Position numbers and translations under genes: made by a program
Part shown: positions 53,402 through 64,000 of the stretch, in pieces
Layout: every line of letters begins with the position of its first letter
Position numbering within the stretch: the first letter of the stretch is position 1
The notes under the pieces: generated by a model
The model's input: only the letters and a program-made list of their open reading frames with translations
The model's database searches: none
What the model was told of the DNA's origin: nothing
Assembly: GCA_964291415.2 (NCBI GenBank)
Contig: OZ219918.1
Span: 64,001 to 128,000, forward strand
DNA length: 64,000 bases
Direction: 5' to 3'
DNA from: Alphaproteobacteria bacterium
Lineage (GTDB): Bacteria; Pseudomonadota; Alphaproteobacteria; SP197

Positions 53402-55224
53402 CGGGAACGGGAACGGGTGGCCGGCGTTTCCTCGTCGAAGAGGGACGCGAGTTCGCCGAGCACGGTGCCGCCGAGCTGTTCGACATCGGTAAGCGTGACG
53501 GCGCGGCGATAGTAGCGCGTCACGTCGTGCCCGATGCCGATGGCGATCAGCTCCACCGGCGAGAGCCCCTCGATCTTGTCGATGACCTCGCGCAGGTGAC
53601 GTTCGAGATAGTTGCCTGAATTGACCGAAAGCGTGGAATCATCCACCGGGGCGCCGTCGGAAATCACCATGAGGATGCGCCGCTGTTCGGGTCGCCCCAT
53701 CAGCCGTTCGTGGGCCCACAGCAGCGCCTCGCCATCGATGTTCTCCTTGAGCAGACCCTCGCGCAGCATCAGGCCCAGACTCCGACGGGCCCGCCGCCAG
53801 GGCATGTCCGCGGACTTGTAGATGATGTGGCGAAGGTCATTGAGACGGCCGGGCGTGGCGGGCTTGCCGGATGCCAGCCACTTCTCGCGACTGCGTCCGC
53901 CCTTCCAGGTGCGGGTGGTGAATCCGAGGATCTCGACCTTGACGCCGCAGCGTTCCAGGGTCTGCGCCAGGATGTCGGCGCTCATCGCGGCGATGCCGAT
54001 CGGCCGGCCGCGCATGGAACCGGAATTGTCGATGAGGAGCGACACCACCGTGTCGCGGAACTCGGTCTCGTGTTCGATCTTGAAGGAGAGCGGCATCAGG
54101 GGATCGACAACCACCCGGGACAGTCTCGCCGAATCCAGAAGCCCCTCCTCGAGATCGAACTCCCAGGCCCTGTTCTGCTGCGACATGAGCTTGCGCTGCA
54201 GGCGGTTGGCGAGCCGTGACGTGACGCCGCGCAGATGGGCGATCTGCTGGTCGAGCTGGGACCTCAACCGTGCCAGCTCCTCCGGATCACACAGATCCGT
54301 GGCGTCGATGATCTCGTCGAACTCCTGGGTGAAGGCGCGGTAGAGAAACCGGTTGCTGGCCAGGTTCAAGGGATCGTCGGCACGTTCCATCTCGCCGGCG
54401 GGATCGGTGTCGTCGGTGCTGGCCGACACCATCTCCTCATCCTCCGACTCCCGGGAATCGGCCTCCATGGAGTCCTCGGACATCTCTTCTTCGGCGCTGG
54501 CCTCGGCGCTGGATTCGCTCTCCCCCTCGGCCTCCGCCTGTTCGGGATCGGCCTCGTCGCTGTCGTCCTGGTCCTCGGGCGCGGCGTCCGCCTCTTCATC
54601 GGGCAGATCGAGATGGCGGATGAGCGTGCGCAGCGCTTCGGCAAAGGCCGCCTGGTCACCGACGACCTCGTGAAGCGAGTCCAGTTCATGGCCGATCTTG
54701 TCGTTGAGCCAGCCGCGCATGAGCCGGGTGGCCCGCGTTGCCGAGGGCGGTGGCGCCACGCCGGTCAGTCTCTCGCGCACGAGAAGGCCGATCACGTCGG
54801 CCAGCGGCGCATCCTCGCGCTGCTCGATGCGGTGCAGCCCTCTGGTCCGGCAACGCTCCTCGAGCACTGTCTGGATGTTGTCGGCCACACCCTTCATGCG
54901 CATCGCTCCGATGGACTCGCAGCGCGCCTCCTCGACCTCATCGAAAATGGAGCGGCCCAGTTCGCTTGCCGGCCTGCGGCGGGCATGGGTCCGGGTGTCG
55001 TGATGGCGCAGCTTGAGCGCCAGGGCATCGGCTTCGCCGCGCGCCATGGCGACGGCGTGACGGTCGAGCTCCCGCGGCACCTGCGTCAGCCGCGCCGTCT
55101 TGCCGCTGGCGCCAGACTCCCTGACGCCGAAACTCACCTCGAGTTCCGGTTCACGGGCCATGGCGCGCATGGTGCCCGCAACGACCCTTCGGAAGGGTTC
55201 TGCCGGGTTGCTGTCCTGTGCCAG
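53332..55224 (-). CDS. cobT: Cobaltochelatase subunit CobT (vWA); probable CTG start
   Basis: Acidic linker, [33 protein letters not shown]; GGAGGA RBS before CTG 55224. Confidence 0.93.
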   Translation of the reverse strand: MAQDSNPAEPFRRVVAGTMRAMAREPELEVSFGVRESGASGKTARLTQVPRELDRHAVAMARGEADALALKLRHHDTRTHARRRPASELGRSIFDEVEEARCESIGAMRMKGVADNIQTVLEERCRTRGLHRIEQREDAPLADVIGLLVRERLTGVAPPPSATRATRLMRGWLNDKIGHELDSLHEVVGDQAAFAEALRTLIRHLDLPDEEADAAPEDQDDSDEADPEQAEAEGESESSAEASAEEEMSEDSMEADSRESEDEEMVSASTDDTDPAGEMERADDPLNLASNRFLYRAFTQEFDEIIDATDLCDPEELARLRSQLDQQIAHLRGVTSRLANRLQRKLMSQQNRAWEFDLEEGLLDSARLSRVVVDPLMPLSFKIEHETEFRDTVVSLLIDNSGSMRGRPIGIAAMSADILAQTLERCGVKVEILGFTTRTWKGGRSREKWLASGKPATPGRLNDLRHIIYKSADMPWRRARRSLGLMLREGLLKENIDGEALLWAHERLMGRPEQRRILMVISDGAPVDDSTLSVNSGNYLERHLREVIDKIEGLSPVELIAIGIGHDVTRYYRRAVTLTDVEQLGGTVLGELASLFDEETPATRSRSRQSGTARSRPAAGGATYRPMSTR

Positions 55225-55251
55225 GGGACGTCCTCCGGAGCCTCTGCCGGT

Positions 55252-56250
55252 CTACTGCGCTGCGGTTCCGGCGACGACGGCCTCGCTGATCTCGGATCCG
55301 AAGCAGCGCTGATAGAATTCCGCGACCTGCGAACGCTCGGTTTCGTCGCACTTGTTGAGGAAGGTCAGCCGAAAGGCGAAGCCGATGTCGTCGAAGATGT
55401 CCGCGTTCTCCGCCCAGGTGATCACCGTCCTGGGCGACATGACGGTCGAGATGTCGCCGGCGACGAAGGCGCCGCGCGTCAGTTCGGCGACGGCCACCAT
55501 CTGGCCGATGGTCTCCCGGCCCCGCGTCGTGGCGTAGTGCGGCACCTTGGAGAGCACGATCTTCTCTTCTTCCTCGTGCTCGAGGTAGTTCAGCGTCGAG
55601 ACGATGGACCACCGGTCCATCTGTCCCTGGTTGATCTGCTGGGTACCGTGATAGAGCCCCGTGGTGTCGCCGAGACCGACGGTATTGGCCGTCGAAAACA
55701 GGCGGAAGGAGGGATGGGGGACGATCACCCTGTTCTGGTCGAGCAGCGTCATCTTGCCCTGGACCTCGAGCACGCGCTGGATCACGAACATCACGTCGGG
55801 ACGGCCGGCGTCATACTCGTCAAAGACCAGGGCGACCGGATTCTGGATCGCCCAGGGCAGGATGCCCTCGCGGAACTCGGTGACCTGCATGCCGTCGCGC
55901 AGGATGATGGCGTCCTTGCCGATGAGATCGATCCGGGAGATGTGGCTGTCCAGGTTGACCCGGATGCACGGCCAGTTGAGACGCGCCGCCACCTGTTCGA
56001 TATGGGTGGACTTTCCGGTGCCGTGGTAGCCCTGGATCATCACCCTGCGGTTGTGGGCGAAGCCGGCGAGAATGGCCAGTGTGGTCTGCGGATCGAAGAC
56101 ATAGGAATCATCGACATCCGGAACGTGTTCGCCACGCTCCGAATAGCCCGGCACCTCCATGGTGGTGTCGAGGCCGAAAGCCGAAGCGATCTTGACGGTC
56201 ATGTCGGGGGCGCCCTGCGGAAGCAGGCTTGTTTCGCTGGGATTCTTCAC
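55252..56250 (-). CDS. cobS: Cobaltochelatase subunit CobS (AAA+); start approximate
   Basis: [33 protein letters not shown]. Confidence 0.95.
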   Translation of the reverse strand: MKNPSETSLLPQGAPDMTVKIASAFGLDTTMEVPGYSERGEHVPDVDDSYVFDPQTTLAILAGFAHNRRVMIQGYHGTGKSTHIEQVAARLNWPCIRVNLDSHISRIDLIGKDAIILRDGMQVTEFREGILPWAIQNPVALVFDEYDAGRPDVMFVIQRVLEVQGKMTLLDQNRVIVPHPSFRLFSTANTVGLGDTTGLYHGTQQINQGQMDRWSIVSTLNYLEHEEEEKIVLSKVPHYATTRGRETIGQMVAVAELTRGAFVAGDISTVMSPRTVITWAENADIFDDIGFAFRLTFLNKCDETERSQVAEFYQRCFGSEISEAVVAGTAAQ

Positions 56251-56409
56251 GGTCTCACACGTCTTGATTGTCTGCCGGTCCGGATACTCCATCCAAGGAC
56301 GGGTGACCACCTCGTCGCCACCGGGATCCGGATGGGCCAACAATGGCATGGCCGCGGGATGGGGCGCAAGGGACCATGGCCGGCAGGACACCCGCCGGCG
56401 GGACAGCCT

Positions 56410-56958
56410 TCAGTCGGGCGCTTGGCCGGTGAGGTGCTGGTAGGCCCAGATGACGTCGCGCAGCCGGCCATTCGCCTTGCCGCTGCCGCCGTTGACGTCC
56501 GGATGGCATGCCTTCACCGCCTTCTTGAATCGTCTGCGGATGGCGGCTGCGTCAGCGTCGGGTCCGACATCGAGAATGGAACGCGCTTTGCGTTCACTCT
56601 CCGACATGGTTGCCTGGCGCGCCGATGCCGGATCGCACCTCCCGTCCCCGGCGATGCCGAAGACGTCCCGCACGCCGTCACCGGTCCACACCCTGTGGAG
56701 GTGATGCGGCGTCGAGGTCGGCCACGTCGGCCGGTGCCAGGAGAGGTCCGCGTGCTGCCATGCTTCTATGGCCTCCTTGGACCAGCCTTCGAAGAAGTTC
56801 CAGGAGCGGTTGAACTCGCGAACGTGTTCCAGGCACAGGTACTGGAAACTGTCGGTCCTGTCGGGCCCCAGGGGGGCGCGGTACTCGCCCGGTCGTTCAC
56901 AGCCCAGGCGGGAGCAGGGCTTCGAGGTGGTGTCCGGCCTGGCCGATCGTCGCGACAT
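56410..56958 (-). CDS. DnaJ-domain protein
   Basis: N-terminal Cys motif and CLEHVREFN, C-terminal J domain with HPD; between bolA and cobS. Confidence 0.88.
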   Translation of the reverse strand: MSRRSARPDTTSKPCSRLGCERPGEYRAPLGPDRTDSFQYLCLEHVREFNRSWNFFEGWSKEAIEAWQHADLSWHRPTWPTSTPHHLHRVWTGDGVRDVFGIAGDGRCDPASARQATMSESERKARSILDVGPDADAAAIRRRFKKAVKACHPDVNGGSGKANGRLRDVIWAYQHLTGQAPD

Positions 56959-57092
56959 GGCTCCAGTATAGAATGATGCGCGAAGGGGAGGCCACCGGGT
57001 TCGGCCTTGCCGCCAATGGATGGCAGGTCATGGAGGTTGCGTTGGCCTGACGGATGGTCAAGTGTCCCGGAGAGCGAAGGAGAGATGACACC

Positions 57093-57365
57093 ATGCGGGT
57101 TCGCGCGACCATCGTTGACAAGTTGACGCGAGCGCTCGAGCCGGACGAACTCGAGGTCATCGACGAATCGCACCTTCATGCCGGCCATGCCGGCGCACGC
57201 GAGGAAGGCGAAAGCCATTTCCGGGTGCGCATCGTCTCGCCGGCCTTTGCCGGCCTTGGCCGCGTCGCCCGGCAGCGGCTGGTCTACCGCGCGCTTGCCG
57301 AGGACATGGCGAGCGACATTCACGCGCTGGCAATCGACGCGCGCGCTCCCGGTGAAACCCGCTGA
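57093..57365 (+). CDS. bolA: BolA family protein
   Basis: DESHLHAGH, SHF, F.G..RV.RQR.VY, IHAL. Confidence 0.92.
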   Translation: MRVRATIVDKLTRALEPDELEVIDESHLHAGHAGAREEGESHFRVRIVSPAFAGLGRVARQRLVYRALAEDMASDIHALAIDARAPGETR

Positions 57366-58090
57366 GCCAGGCAGCCGGGCACACGTGAAGGAAGCCCCAG
57401 GCGAGCGAGCGCCGCGTGCACCATGGCCTGATTGCTTGTCACGACCGCCCGGCCGGTGCGGCGCTCGAGTTCGTCGATGATCTCGACGGCGCGCAAGTCG
57501 GTGCAGGAAAGGACGATGGCATCGGCATCCGCGTGGCTGGCCCGCAGACCCAGTTCGAGAACCTCCGCCGGCGAGAGGTCGCTTTGACCATAGCTTCCGA
57601 GGTCCCGGCCGACATCGGCGGTGTTGACCACCTCGAAGCCGGCGTCACTGAGGAATGCCGCCCCTTCGAGATTGAGTGCCCTCGTGTATGGGGAAGCAAA
57701 GGCGATGCGCCGGGCTTCGAGTTCCTCGAGGGCGCTGACAAGCGCGCCGGCGGCCGTCACGGCGGGAACGCCGGCTTCGGCCTCGATGGCGAGGCGGAAG
57801 TCGCGATCCAAGGCAGGCCCGGAGGAAAGCGTGGCCGAGGTGCAGCCGTAGAGAAGGATGTCGGGGCGGGCGGCCATGATGAGCCCGAGAACGTCACTCA
57901 GCCCGGCGCGGGCGAAGCGGCGCATTTCGTCTGAATCGGGAATGCGGTCGAGGTCGTAGCCTCCGGCGCGCGCCACGTGGAAGGACACACCGGGCGGACG
58001 CAGCAGAGCGAGGTCAGCCTCGAGATTGGTGTTGGAATAGGGCGTGATGACGCCGATGCGCGCCAGGCCACGCGAATCGCAGGCCGTCAT
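57320..58090 (-). CDS. Maleate isomerase / Asp-Glu racemase family protein (EutA-like)
   Basis: IGVITP..N, YGCTS, ASPY, LSCTD, VTSNQA. Confidence 0.85.
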   Translation of the reverse strand: MTACDSRGLARIGVITPYSNTNLEADLALLRPPGVSFHVARAGGYDLDRIPDSDEMRRFARAGLSDVLGLIMAARPDILLYGCTSATLSSGPALDRDFRLAIEAEAGVPAVTAAGALVSALEELEARRIAFASPYTRALNLEGAAFLSDAGFEVVNTADVGRDLGSYGQSDLSPAEVLELGLRASHADADAIVLSCTDLRAVEIIDELERRTGRAVVTSNQAMVHAALARLGLPSRVPGCLAQRVSPGARASIASA

Positions 58091-58638
58091 GAACCCTTGC
58101 CCGTGTACCAGTCGGGAAACTCCCTTGCGACCACCGGTCCGTCGGCAGCCCAGGCGTGGCAGCCGTCGATCACCCAGGGCTTTTTCGTCTTGTCGACGGG
58201 CTTTCCCGAACGGCGGCGGCCATACATCGCCTGCATGGCGACGGTTCCGAGCCGGCCCAGCATTTCGGCGATGTGCGTGCAGCCCCGGGTGCCGCCGAAC
58301 AGTTCGCGCACCCGGCGATTCCAGCCCGGTCCGATCTTGACGCCCACGAGCCCGCCGTAGTCGGGCTCGACGGCAGGGCAGATGGCGAAGGGTGTCTTTT
58401 CCATCCGGACGGCAACATCCCGGATCTGGAGCCCGCCATCCACGGTGAGGCACAGCCACATGCCGTGGATCGGGTCGCCGGGCTCGATCGTGCCGCGGTC
58501 CCTGTTGGGTATCGGGTAGGTCTTGGTGTCGCTCAGGCTGGCCTCGAGGTCCCACAACCCGTCGTCGCGTTCGAAAGCCTCACAGAGAATCTGGCGTCTG
58601 TGAATGAGCTTCCGGGTCTCAGGTTCCGGTGCTGGCAT
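58087..58638 (-). CDS. DUF2889 domain protein
   Basis: H.R.I...F.R.DGLWDLE..L.D.K, GCTH..E, IDGCH. Confidence 0.8.
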   Translation of the reverse strand: MPAPEPETRKLIHRRQILCEAFERDDGLWDLEASLSDTKTYPIPNRDRGTIEPGDPIHGMWLCLTVDGGLQIRDVAVRMEKTPFAICPAVEPDYGGLVGVKIGPGWNRRVRELFGGTRGCTHIAEMLGRLGTVAMQAMYGRRRSGKPVDKTKKPWVIDGCHAWAADGPVVAREFPDWYTGKGS

Positions 58639-58701
58639 GCCTTGGTCACCGTCCATTGTGCGTTGCAACACTGACGGCGCCCGACACGTATTGCAAGGGC
58701 C

Positions 58702-59604
58702 TCAGGGGGCCACTCCCGACATCCACCAGGCCAGCGGGATGATGACCGGCAACAGGCAGAGGACCGCAAGCGTCGATACGACGACATAGCTTGCCACCTC
58801 GTCCGGCGAACGGTCGTAGCGCATTGCCGCAAGGTAGTTGAAGACGGCTCCGGGCATCACGCAGCAGATCACCATCACGCCGCGCGCCGTTCCCTCAAGG
58901 CCGAGGATGGCGATCAGGGCCCACGCCACGCCCAGCCCCGCGACAACGCGCAGGAGCGCCAGCACCAGTGGGCGGGCGATTGTGGATACCCTGAACCGGG
59001 CCAGCGACGTGCCGAGCATGATCAGCAGCATCGGAATGGTCAGTCCGCCGATGAGATCGGTGGTGTTGGTAAGCCATGTCGGCGGTGCGGTTCCGGAAAG
59101 GGTGAAGGCCAGCGCCACGGCGATGGCATAGACGTGGGGCGTCTTTGCGAACATGCCGGGCGAGGCACGGCCCGACATCAGCCAGAAGTGGACGGTGAAG
59201 AAGAGCACCGATTGCGTGGCAAACATGATGAGAGCGAGTTCGAGGCCGGCATCGCCGAAGGCAAAGAGATTGAGCGGCAGACCGAGATTGCCGAGATTGC
59301 CGAACACCACCGGTGGCAGGAAGACACCTGCGGGCAGGGCCGTGAGCCTGATCAGCAGGCGTCCGGAAACCAGGAAGGCGCCGATCATGAGCAGGGTCGC
59401 GAAGACCATGATCCCGAGTTCCAGGGCCGGCACCACGAGTGTCGAGAGCGTCGAGAACACGAGGCAGGGCGTGCCGACGTTGAGGATGAGCGGCGTCAGC
59501 CGCTCGGGGTCGACGGGCTTTCCCCAGCGAGCCCAGGCGACGCCGACAAGGATCGTCGCCAGGACCGGAACGAGGACCGGTACCAGCGCATCGACAAGGG
59601 CCAA
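58702..59604 (-). CDS. AEC family transporter
   Basis: About 10 TM segments, GN.GNLGLPL, MPGAVFNY. Confidence 0.85.
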   Translation of the reverse strand: MALVDALVPVLVPVLATILVGVAWARWGKPVDPERLTPLILNVGTPCLVFSTLSTLVVPALELGIMVFATLLMIGAFLVSGRLLIRLTALPAGVFLPPVVFGNLGNLGLPLNLFAFGDAGLELALIMFATQSVLFFTVHFWLMSGRASPGMFAKTPHVYAIAVALAFTLSGTAPPTWLTNTTDLIGGLTIPMLLIMLGTSLARFRVSTIARPLVLALLRVVAGLGVAWALIAILGLEGTARGVMVICCVMPGAVFNYLAAMRYDRSPDEVASYVVVSTLAVLCLLPVIIPLAWWMSGVAP

Positions 59605-59617
59605 GAATCCGCTCCGT

Positions 59618-60895
59618 TCAGTCGTCGCCGGTGTCGCCGGAGGGGGGTGTCACGCGCAGTTGGACGATCTGGTTGCGTTGGCGCTCAAGCACCTCGAAGC
59701 GAAAGTTGTGGAACTCGAAGACCTGTCCGGCTTCGGGAATCTGCTGGGCCTCCTGAATGACCAGGCCGGCAATGGTGATGGCGCCGTCCTCCGGAAGATT
59801 CCAGTCGAACTCCCGGTTGAGGTCGCGGATGGTGGCAGCGCCGTTCAACATCAGGATTCCGTCCTCGCCGATCTTTGCATCGACCTCCCGGACATCGTGC
59901 TCATCCTCGATGTCGCCGACGATCTCCTCGAGGATGTCCTCGAGCGTGACGACCCCCATGATGCCGCCGTACTGGTCAACGACGACTGCGAAGTGGAGAT
60001 GACGCTCGCGGAACACGGCCAGCTGCTCGCTCAGCGACGTGGTGTCCGGCGCGAACCACGGTTCGGTGGCGACCTCCGTGATGTCGAAGACGCCCCTGTC
60101 GCGGTGGCGGTAGAGTGCCCGAGCAAGATTCTTGGCGTGCAGGATGCCGACGATGTTGTCGGGATCGTCGCGCCACAGGGGGATGCGTGTGTGGGAACTC
60201 GCCAAAGCCGCCTCGATGATGTTCTCAAGGGGCTCGTCGGCGTTGATGGTCTCCATGGAGCGCCGGTGGGTCATGACTTCCCCGATGACGACATCCGAGA
60301 GATCAAGGACGCCGTCGAGCATGGCATGCTGGTCCTTCACCAGCCCGCCTTCGTGCCGGTAGAGATCGAGGATGCTGCGCAGCTCCTCGTCCGAGGGAAT
60401 CGTCTCGTCACGGGAATCCCGGGCTCCGGCGAGACGGAACATGATCTGGACCACCCCCTGGAGGGCCCAGGTGAGCGGCTGGGCCAGCCACACGACGCCC
60501 CTCATGAAGGGGGCGACGGTGAGGGCGACGAACTCGGCATTCCGGATGGCGTAGGTCTTGGGCATGATTTCGGCGAAGATCACCACCAGGACGGTCATGG
60601 CGGCGATGGCATAGGCAACGCCGGCCTCGCCCACCAGTTCCGTGAAGACGTAGGTGGCCATCGAGGCCACGGCGATGTTGAAGAGATTGTTTCCGATCAG
60701 AATGGCGCTGATCAGGTGTTCGCGATCCTCCATCAGATCGGTCGCCTGCGCCGCCCTTCGGTTTCCGGCAAGCCTGAGGCCATGAATTCTGGATCGGTTG
60801 GCCGCGGTCAGCGCCGTTTCGGAACCTGAAAACACGGCCGAAAAGACGAGAAAAACCACGATCAGGACGAAGTAGACTTCCAGGAGATTAGTCAT
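59618..60895 (-). CDS. HlyC/CorC (CNNM) family transporter
   Basis: FSGSETAL, AEIMPK, CBS pair (HTRIP, VVDQYG..G.VTLEDILEEIVG), CorC domain. Confidence 0.92.
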   Translation of the reverse strand: MTNLLEVYFVLIVVFLVFSAVFSGSETALTAANRSRIHGLRLAGNRRAAQATDLMEDREHLISAILIGNNLFNIAVASMATYVFTELVGEAGVAYAIAAMTVLVVIFAEIMPKTYAIRNAEFVALTVAPFMRGVVWLAQPLTWALQGVVQIMFRLAGARDSRDETIPSDEELRSILDLYRHEGGLVKDQHAMLDGVLDLSDVVIGEVMTHRRSMETINADEPLENIIEAALASSHTRIPLWRDDPDNIVGILHAKNLARALYRHRDRGVFDITEVATEPWFAPDTTSLSEQLAVFRERHLHFAVVVDQYGGIMGVVTLEDILEEIVGDIEDEHDVREVDAKIGEDGILMLNGAATIRDLNREFDWNLPEDGAITIAGLVIQEAQQIPEAGQVFEFHNFRFEVLERQRNQIVQLRVTPPSGDTGDD

Positions 60896-61012
60896 CGTGT
60901 GCCATCCGCAAGATGCGCCTTGAGTGTGTCCGCTTCCGTCCTGCGGTGCACCTCAACCGCAAGACGGCGGGTTGCCCGCCGGTCAATGACCGGCAACGAT
61001 GGATCGTCACCA

Positions 61013-61468
61013 ATGGAAGGGAACATCGTCTTGTCCGTTCTCAGCAACCCCGAAGACTGGTGGATGTCCCCCGCCGACTATGCCAGGCGGCTCAGCGGAC
61101 TGACCGTCAATCTTCTTTCGCGTGATGTCGAGGGTGTCGTGCCGTTCCACACCCGTGTGCTGGGAGCGACGGCGGAGTATGTCTGTGTGGACTTCGCGTC
61201 CTTTGCCTTTGGCGGGGCCACGTGGATGGTGCATGCCGACCACACCTATGACGGTCACGCGCTCCACGCCAGCCTTGGCGCCGGTCACCGGCGGGGAGTC
61301 GGCGCCGAGCTGCGTCTCCACGGCCGCGACCCGGATGCGGCCTGTCAGGCTGCCGGCGAGCTTGGCGCCACCATCCTGGAACCGGCGACCACCAAGTCCC
61401 ACGGCACGCGCGAAGCCTTCATCCTGGATCCCGACGGCTACATCTGGGTGCCGGACGTCCTTGCCTGA
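61013..61468 (+). CDS. VOC/glyoxalase family protein
   Basis: NLL.RDV, ELRLHG.DPD, HGTREAFILDPDGY.W. Confidence 0.8.
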   Translation: MEGNIVLSVLSNPEDWWMSPADYARRLSGLTVNLLSRDVEGVVPFHTRVLGATAEYVCVDFASFAFGGATWMVHADHTYDGHALHASLGAGHRRGVGAELRLHGRDPDAACQAAGELGATILEPATTKSHGTREAFILDPDGYIWVPDVLA

Positions 61469-61503
61469 GTGAACCGTGCCACGGGACGCCAGGTCGGGCA
61501 CGA

Positions 61504-62625
61504 TCATGGTGTCCGGGCCAGCGTCGACGTCAGGAATTCCGCGACCGTGTCGAGGGCGACATCGCGGGTCAGGAAGGCCTCGCCGATGCCGCTGACGAGG
61601 ATGAACGCGACCCTTCCCCCGGCCACCTTCTTGTCCTGAGCCATGTGGCGGACCAGCTCCCCGGCATCGAGTGTTCCGATCCCGAGTTCGGCGGGGTGAA
61701 CGGGCAGTCCGGTGCGGGCAAGGTGACGGCGCACGCGGGCGGCGTCGGCGGCCGGGCACAGTCCGAGGCTGACGGAAAGATCGAAAGCCATGGTCATGCC
61801 GATGGCCACCGCCTCGCCGTGGAGCAGGCGGCCGTCGTAGCCGCAGGCTGTTTCCAGGGCATGGCCAAATGTGTGGCCGAGATTGAGAAGCGCTCTCTCC
61901 GCGCCCTCCCTTTCGTCCCGGGCGACGATCGCCGCCTTGGCGGCACAGCTTTCCACGACGGCATGCTGCAGGTGGAACGCGCTGCCGGACAGAACCGACT
62001 CGCCGTGATCCTCGAGCCATTCGAAGAAGGACCGGTTGCCGAGAAGCCCGTACTTCACCACCTCGGCATAGCCGGCGCGTCGTTCGCGTGGCGGCAGCGT
62101 CGCCAGCACGCCTGTGTCGGCGAGAACGAGGCGAGGCTGGTGGAACGTGCCGACGAGGTTCTTGCCGTGACGCGTGTCGATTCCGGTCTTCCCGCCGACG
62201 GAGCTGTCCACCTGGGCGAGCAGCGTGGTGGGGATCTGGACGAGAGCGACGCCGCGGCGAAGCAGGCTTGCCGACAGCCCGGCCAGGTCGCCGATGACCC
62301 CGCCGCCAAGCGCCGCCACGCCGTCCACTCGCTCGATCCCCGCGCCGAGGAGATCGTCAAGCAGGTCCTCGAGGTGACGGAACGACTTTGTCTTCTCCCC
62401 CGGCGGCACGATCACGCTGTGGCAGCGTATCCCGGCCCGCCCGAGGGACCTTTCGAGAGTGTCGAGGTGAAGACCAGCGACGGTCTCGTCGGTGATGACC
62501 GCAACGCGGCCCGGACCACAGGCGGTGGCGATGCGCTGTCCGGCGTCCTCAAGAAGGCCATGGCCGACGACGATGTCGTACGCCCGCTCGCCGAGCGGAA
62601 CACGGATCACTGCAGGGTCTGTCAT
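61504..62625 (-). CDS. aroB: 3-dehydroquinate synthase
   Basis: GGGVIGD, PTTLLAQVDSSVGGK, LNLGHTFGHA, HGEAV. Confidence 0.96.
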   Translation of the reverse strand: MTDPAVIRVPLGERAYDIVVGHGLLEDAGQRIATACGPGRVAVITDETVAGLHLDTLERSLGRAGIRCHSVIVPPGEKTKSFRHLEDLLDDLLGAGIERVDGVAALGGGVIGDLAGLSASLLRRGVALVQIPTTLLAQVDSSVGGKTGIDTRHGKNLVGTFHQPRLVLADTGVLATLPPRERRAGYAEVVKYGLLGNRSFFEWLEDHGESVLSGSAFHLQHAVVESCAAKAAIVARDEREGAERALLNLGHTFGHALETACGYDGRLLHGEAVAIGMTMAFDLSVSLGLCPAADAARVRRHLARTGLPVHPAELGIGTLDAGELVRHMAQDKKVAGGRVAFILVSGIGEAFLTRDVALDTVAEFLTSTLARTP

Positions 62626-63146
62626 CGTGCCTGGTGCCTCTTCAGGGCCTGGATGATGTTTCCGGCCACCACATCCTCGTCATCGATACCACTGTCGACG
62701 ACCATTGACGCCAGAGCATAGACCGGAGATCTCTCTTCGATCAGCTTCCCGAGGATGGCCAGGGGATTTCCCCGGGAGAGCAGGGGGCGCGTGTGGCCGG
62801 CGCCGACACGCCGCAGGAGGATGTCGGGGTCGGCACGCAGCCACACGGTGTCGGCTTCCTCGAGAATGTGGCGACGCGTCGCCTCGTTCATGAGAGCTCC
62901 GCCACCGGTGGCGATGACCGCCGGACCGGATTGCAGCAGGAGCCTGATGACGCGGTGCTCGGCGCAGCGAAACTGCTCCTCGCCGGACCGCTCGAAAATG
63001 TCCGCCACCGAGGTTCCAGCCGCCTTCTCGATCTCCTCGTCCGAATCCCTGAAGGGCAGACCGAGCCTTTCTGCCAGGCGCCTGCCAACGCTCGTTTTTC
63101 CTGCGCCCATCATCCCGACAAGGACGATCGGGCGGTCTGCCTTCAC
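62622..63146 (-). CDS. aroK: Shikimate kinase
   Basis: GMMGAGKTSVG, DSD.EIE, GE..FR, GGG, RPLL. Confidence 0.95.
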   Translation of the reverse strand: MKADRPIVLVGMMGAGKTSVGRRLAERLGLPFRDSDEEIEKAAGTSVADIFERSGEEQFRCAEHRVIRLLLQSGPAVIATGGGALMNEATRRHILEEADTVWLRADPDILLRRVGAGHTRPLLSRGNPLAILGKLIEERSPVYALASMVVDSGIDDEDVVAGNIIQALKRHQAR

Positions 63147-63242
63147 GATGCCATCTCCGGCGGCAACAATTGCCGCACCCCTGCCATAGACGTATAGATT
63201 GTACTGACCAATGTGTTCAACGTTCCACGACTGCGCTCAGCC

Positions 63243-63383
63243 ATGCGATTGATCAAGCGCTTCCTTATCCTGGTGGTCCTCCTCGCTGTCGCGGCCGGAG
63301 CCGGCTACCTGGCCGTCTGGGACATCCAGTCCCCGATGCGCACGATTGTCGAGGATGTTCCCGATGACAGGTTCGACGACTAG
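63243..63383 (+). CDS. Small single-TM hypothetical protein
   Basis: Own translation, 46 aa: MRLIKRFLILVVLLAVAAGAGYLAVWDIQSP... Confidence 0.6.
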   Translation: MRLIKRFLILVVLLAVAAGAGYLAVWDIQSPMRTIVEDVPDDRFDD

Positions 63384-64000
63384 GCGTCTTCTCGGCGCCG
63401 GCCTTGTTGCAGCCACCGTCCTGGCCACGGCCGGTGCAAGCGGTCAGGACGCCGAGCCCCTTGACATCATTCCCCTCGAGCCCATCGAATTCGACGTCAT
63501 TCCCCTCGAGCCTGTCGAATCCGACATCATCGATTCAGGGGCGATTGACTCGGAGGAAGTGGCCGAAGACATCGTCGAGGCGCCACCGGTGACCTTGCAG
63601 CAGCTTGAAGAACTGGCGGCGGACGGGCTCGAGGTGGATACCCTTCCGGCCCTCGATACCGGTCGTGTGGGGACGATCGACGAGACGACAGGCGGGTTCT
63701 CCCGGAACCTGTGGCAGAAGAGTGACGGCGCCTTCATCGTCTCTCTCATGGGCATGCTCGAATCCGGAACGCAGAGAGTGCCGGAACTGGCGCGGCGTCT
63801 GCTGCTGACCACGGCCGATCCCCCGGCCGATGCCGTGGACGACTGGCTGGGGCTGAGGATCGAGACCCTGATCGCCCTGGGCCTCACCGACGATGCCGCC
63901 GATCTCATGCAGCGTGCCGGGCGCCGGGCCCTGCAGGGAGCCGGCAGCAGGGGAAAGATCGACGTCCTCCTCCTTGCCGGTGACGGCGGGCAGGCGTGCC
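63364..64000 (+). CDS. Exported acidic hypothetical protein, runs off the window
   Basis: Signal-like N-terminus from ATG 63364; frame open to the end of the window. Confidence 0.65.
   Translation, partial: MTGSTTRRLLGAGLVAATVLATAGASGQDAEPLDIIPLEPIEFDVIPLEPVESDIIDSGAIDSEEVAEDIVEAPPVTLQQLEELAADGLEVDTLPALDTGRVGTIDETTGGFSRNLWQKSDGAFIVSLMGMLESGTQRVPELARRLLLTTADPPADAVDDWLGLRIETLIALGLTDDAADLMQRAGRRALQGAGSRGKIDVLLLAGDGGQAC
63463..63531 (+). repeat. 30-bp imperfect tandem repeat (about 2.3 copies; DIIPLEPIEF/DVIPLEPVES)
   Basis: gacatcattcccctcgagcccatcgaattc / gacgtcattcccctcgagcctgtcgaatcc / gacatcatc. Confidence 0.75.

Noticed and set aside
47904-56976. Long alternative ORFs (958 aa minus strand; 913 aa plus strand)
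   Set aside because: Antisense shadows of scpA-meaB and cobT-cobS-DnaJ with no recognisable motifs.
63463-63531. 30-bp repeats as a CRISPR array
   Set aside because: Directly tandem, no spacers, in-frame peptide repeat; no cas genes in the window.

Overview
GC-rich window from an alphaproteobacterial chromosome, inferred from synteny: ubiA/gshA/tldD beside the coxB-coxA-cyoE-coxF-ctaG-coxC operon, phbAB, phaR, scpA-meaB, rpmB, cobS-cobT-DnaJ-bolA and aroK-aroB. Accessory blocks hold methylamine/betaine-type catabolic genes, two divergent urocanase paralogues, a TRAP transporter and a toxin-antitoxin cluster. The most striking region is 19.9-24.2 kb, a four-level nest of mobile elements that can be rebuilt base by base. 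(1) A Rieske oxygenase gene is split by (2) a non-autonomous element with 25-bp imperfect terminal inverted repeats (TIRs) and an 8-bp target-site duplication (TSD), IS1595-like ends, whose only gene is an RNA-guided nuclease TnpB; its putative omega-RNA appears to end exactly at the right TIR. (3) That tnpB is split right after its RuvC-III catalytic Asp codon by an IS110 bridge-recombinase element (CT core) whose bridge-RNA guide loops match the tnpB motif GCCGAC-CT-CAATG and the element's own circle junction. (4) A fragment of a further element sits inside the IS110. A nested-hairpin candidate ncRNA of about 230 nt lies upstream of the first urocanase.
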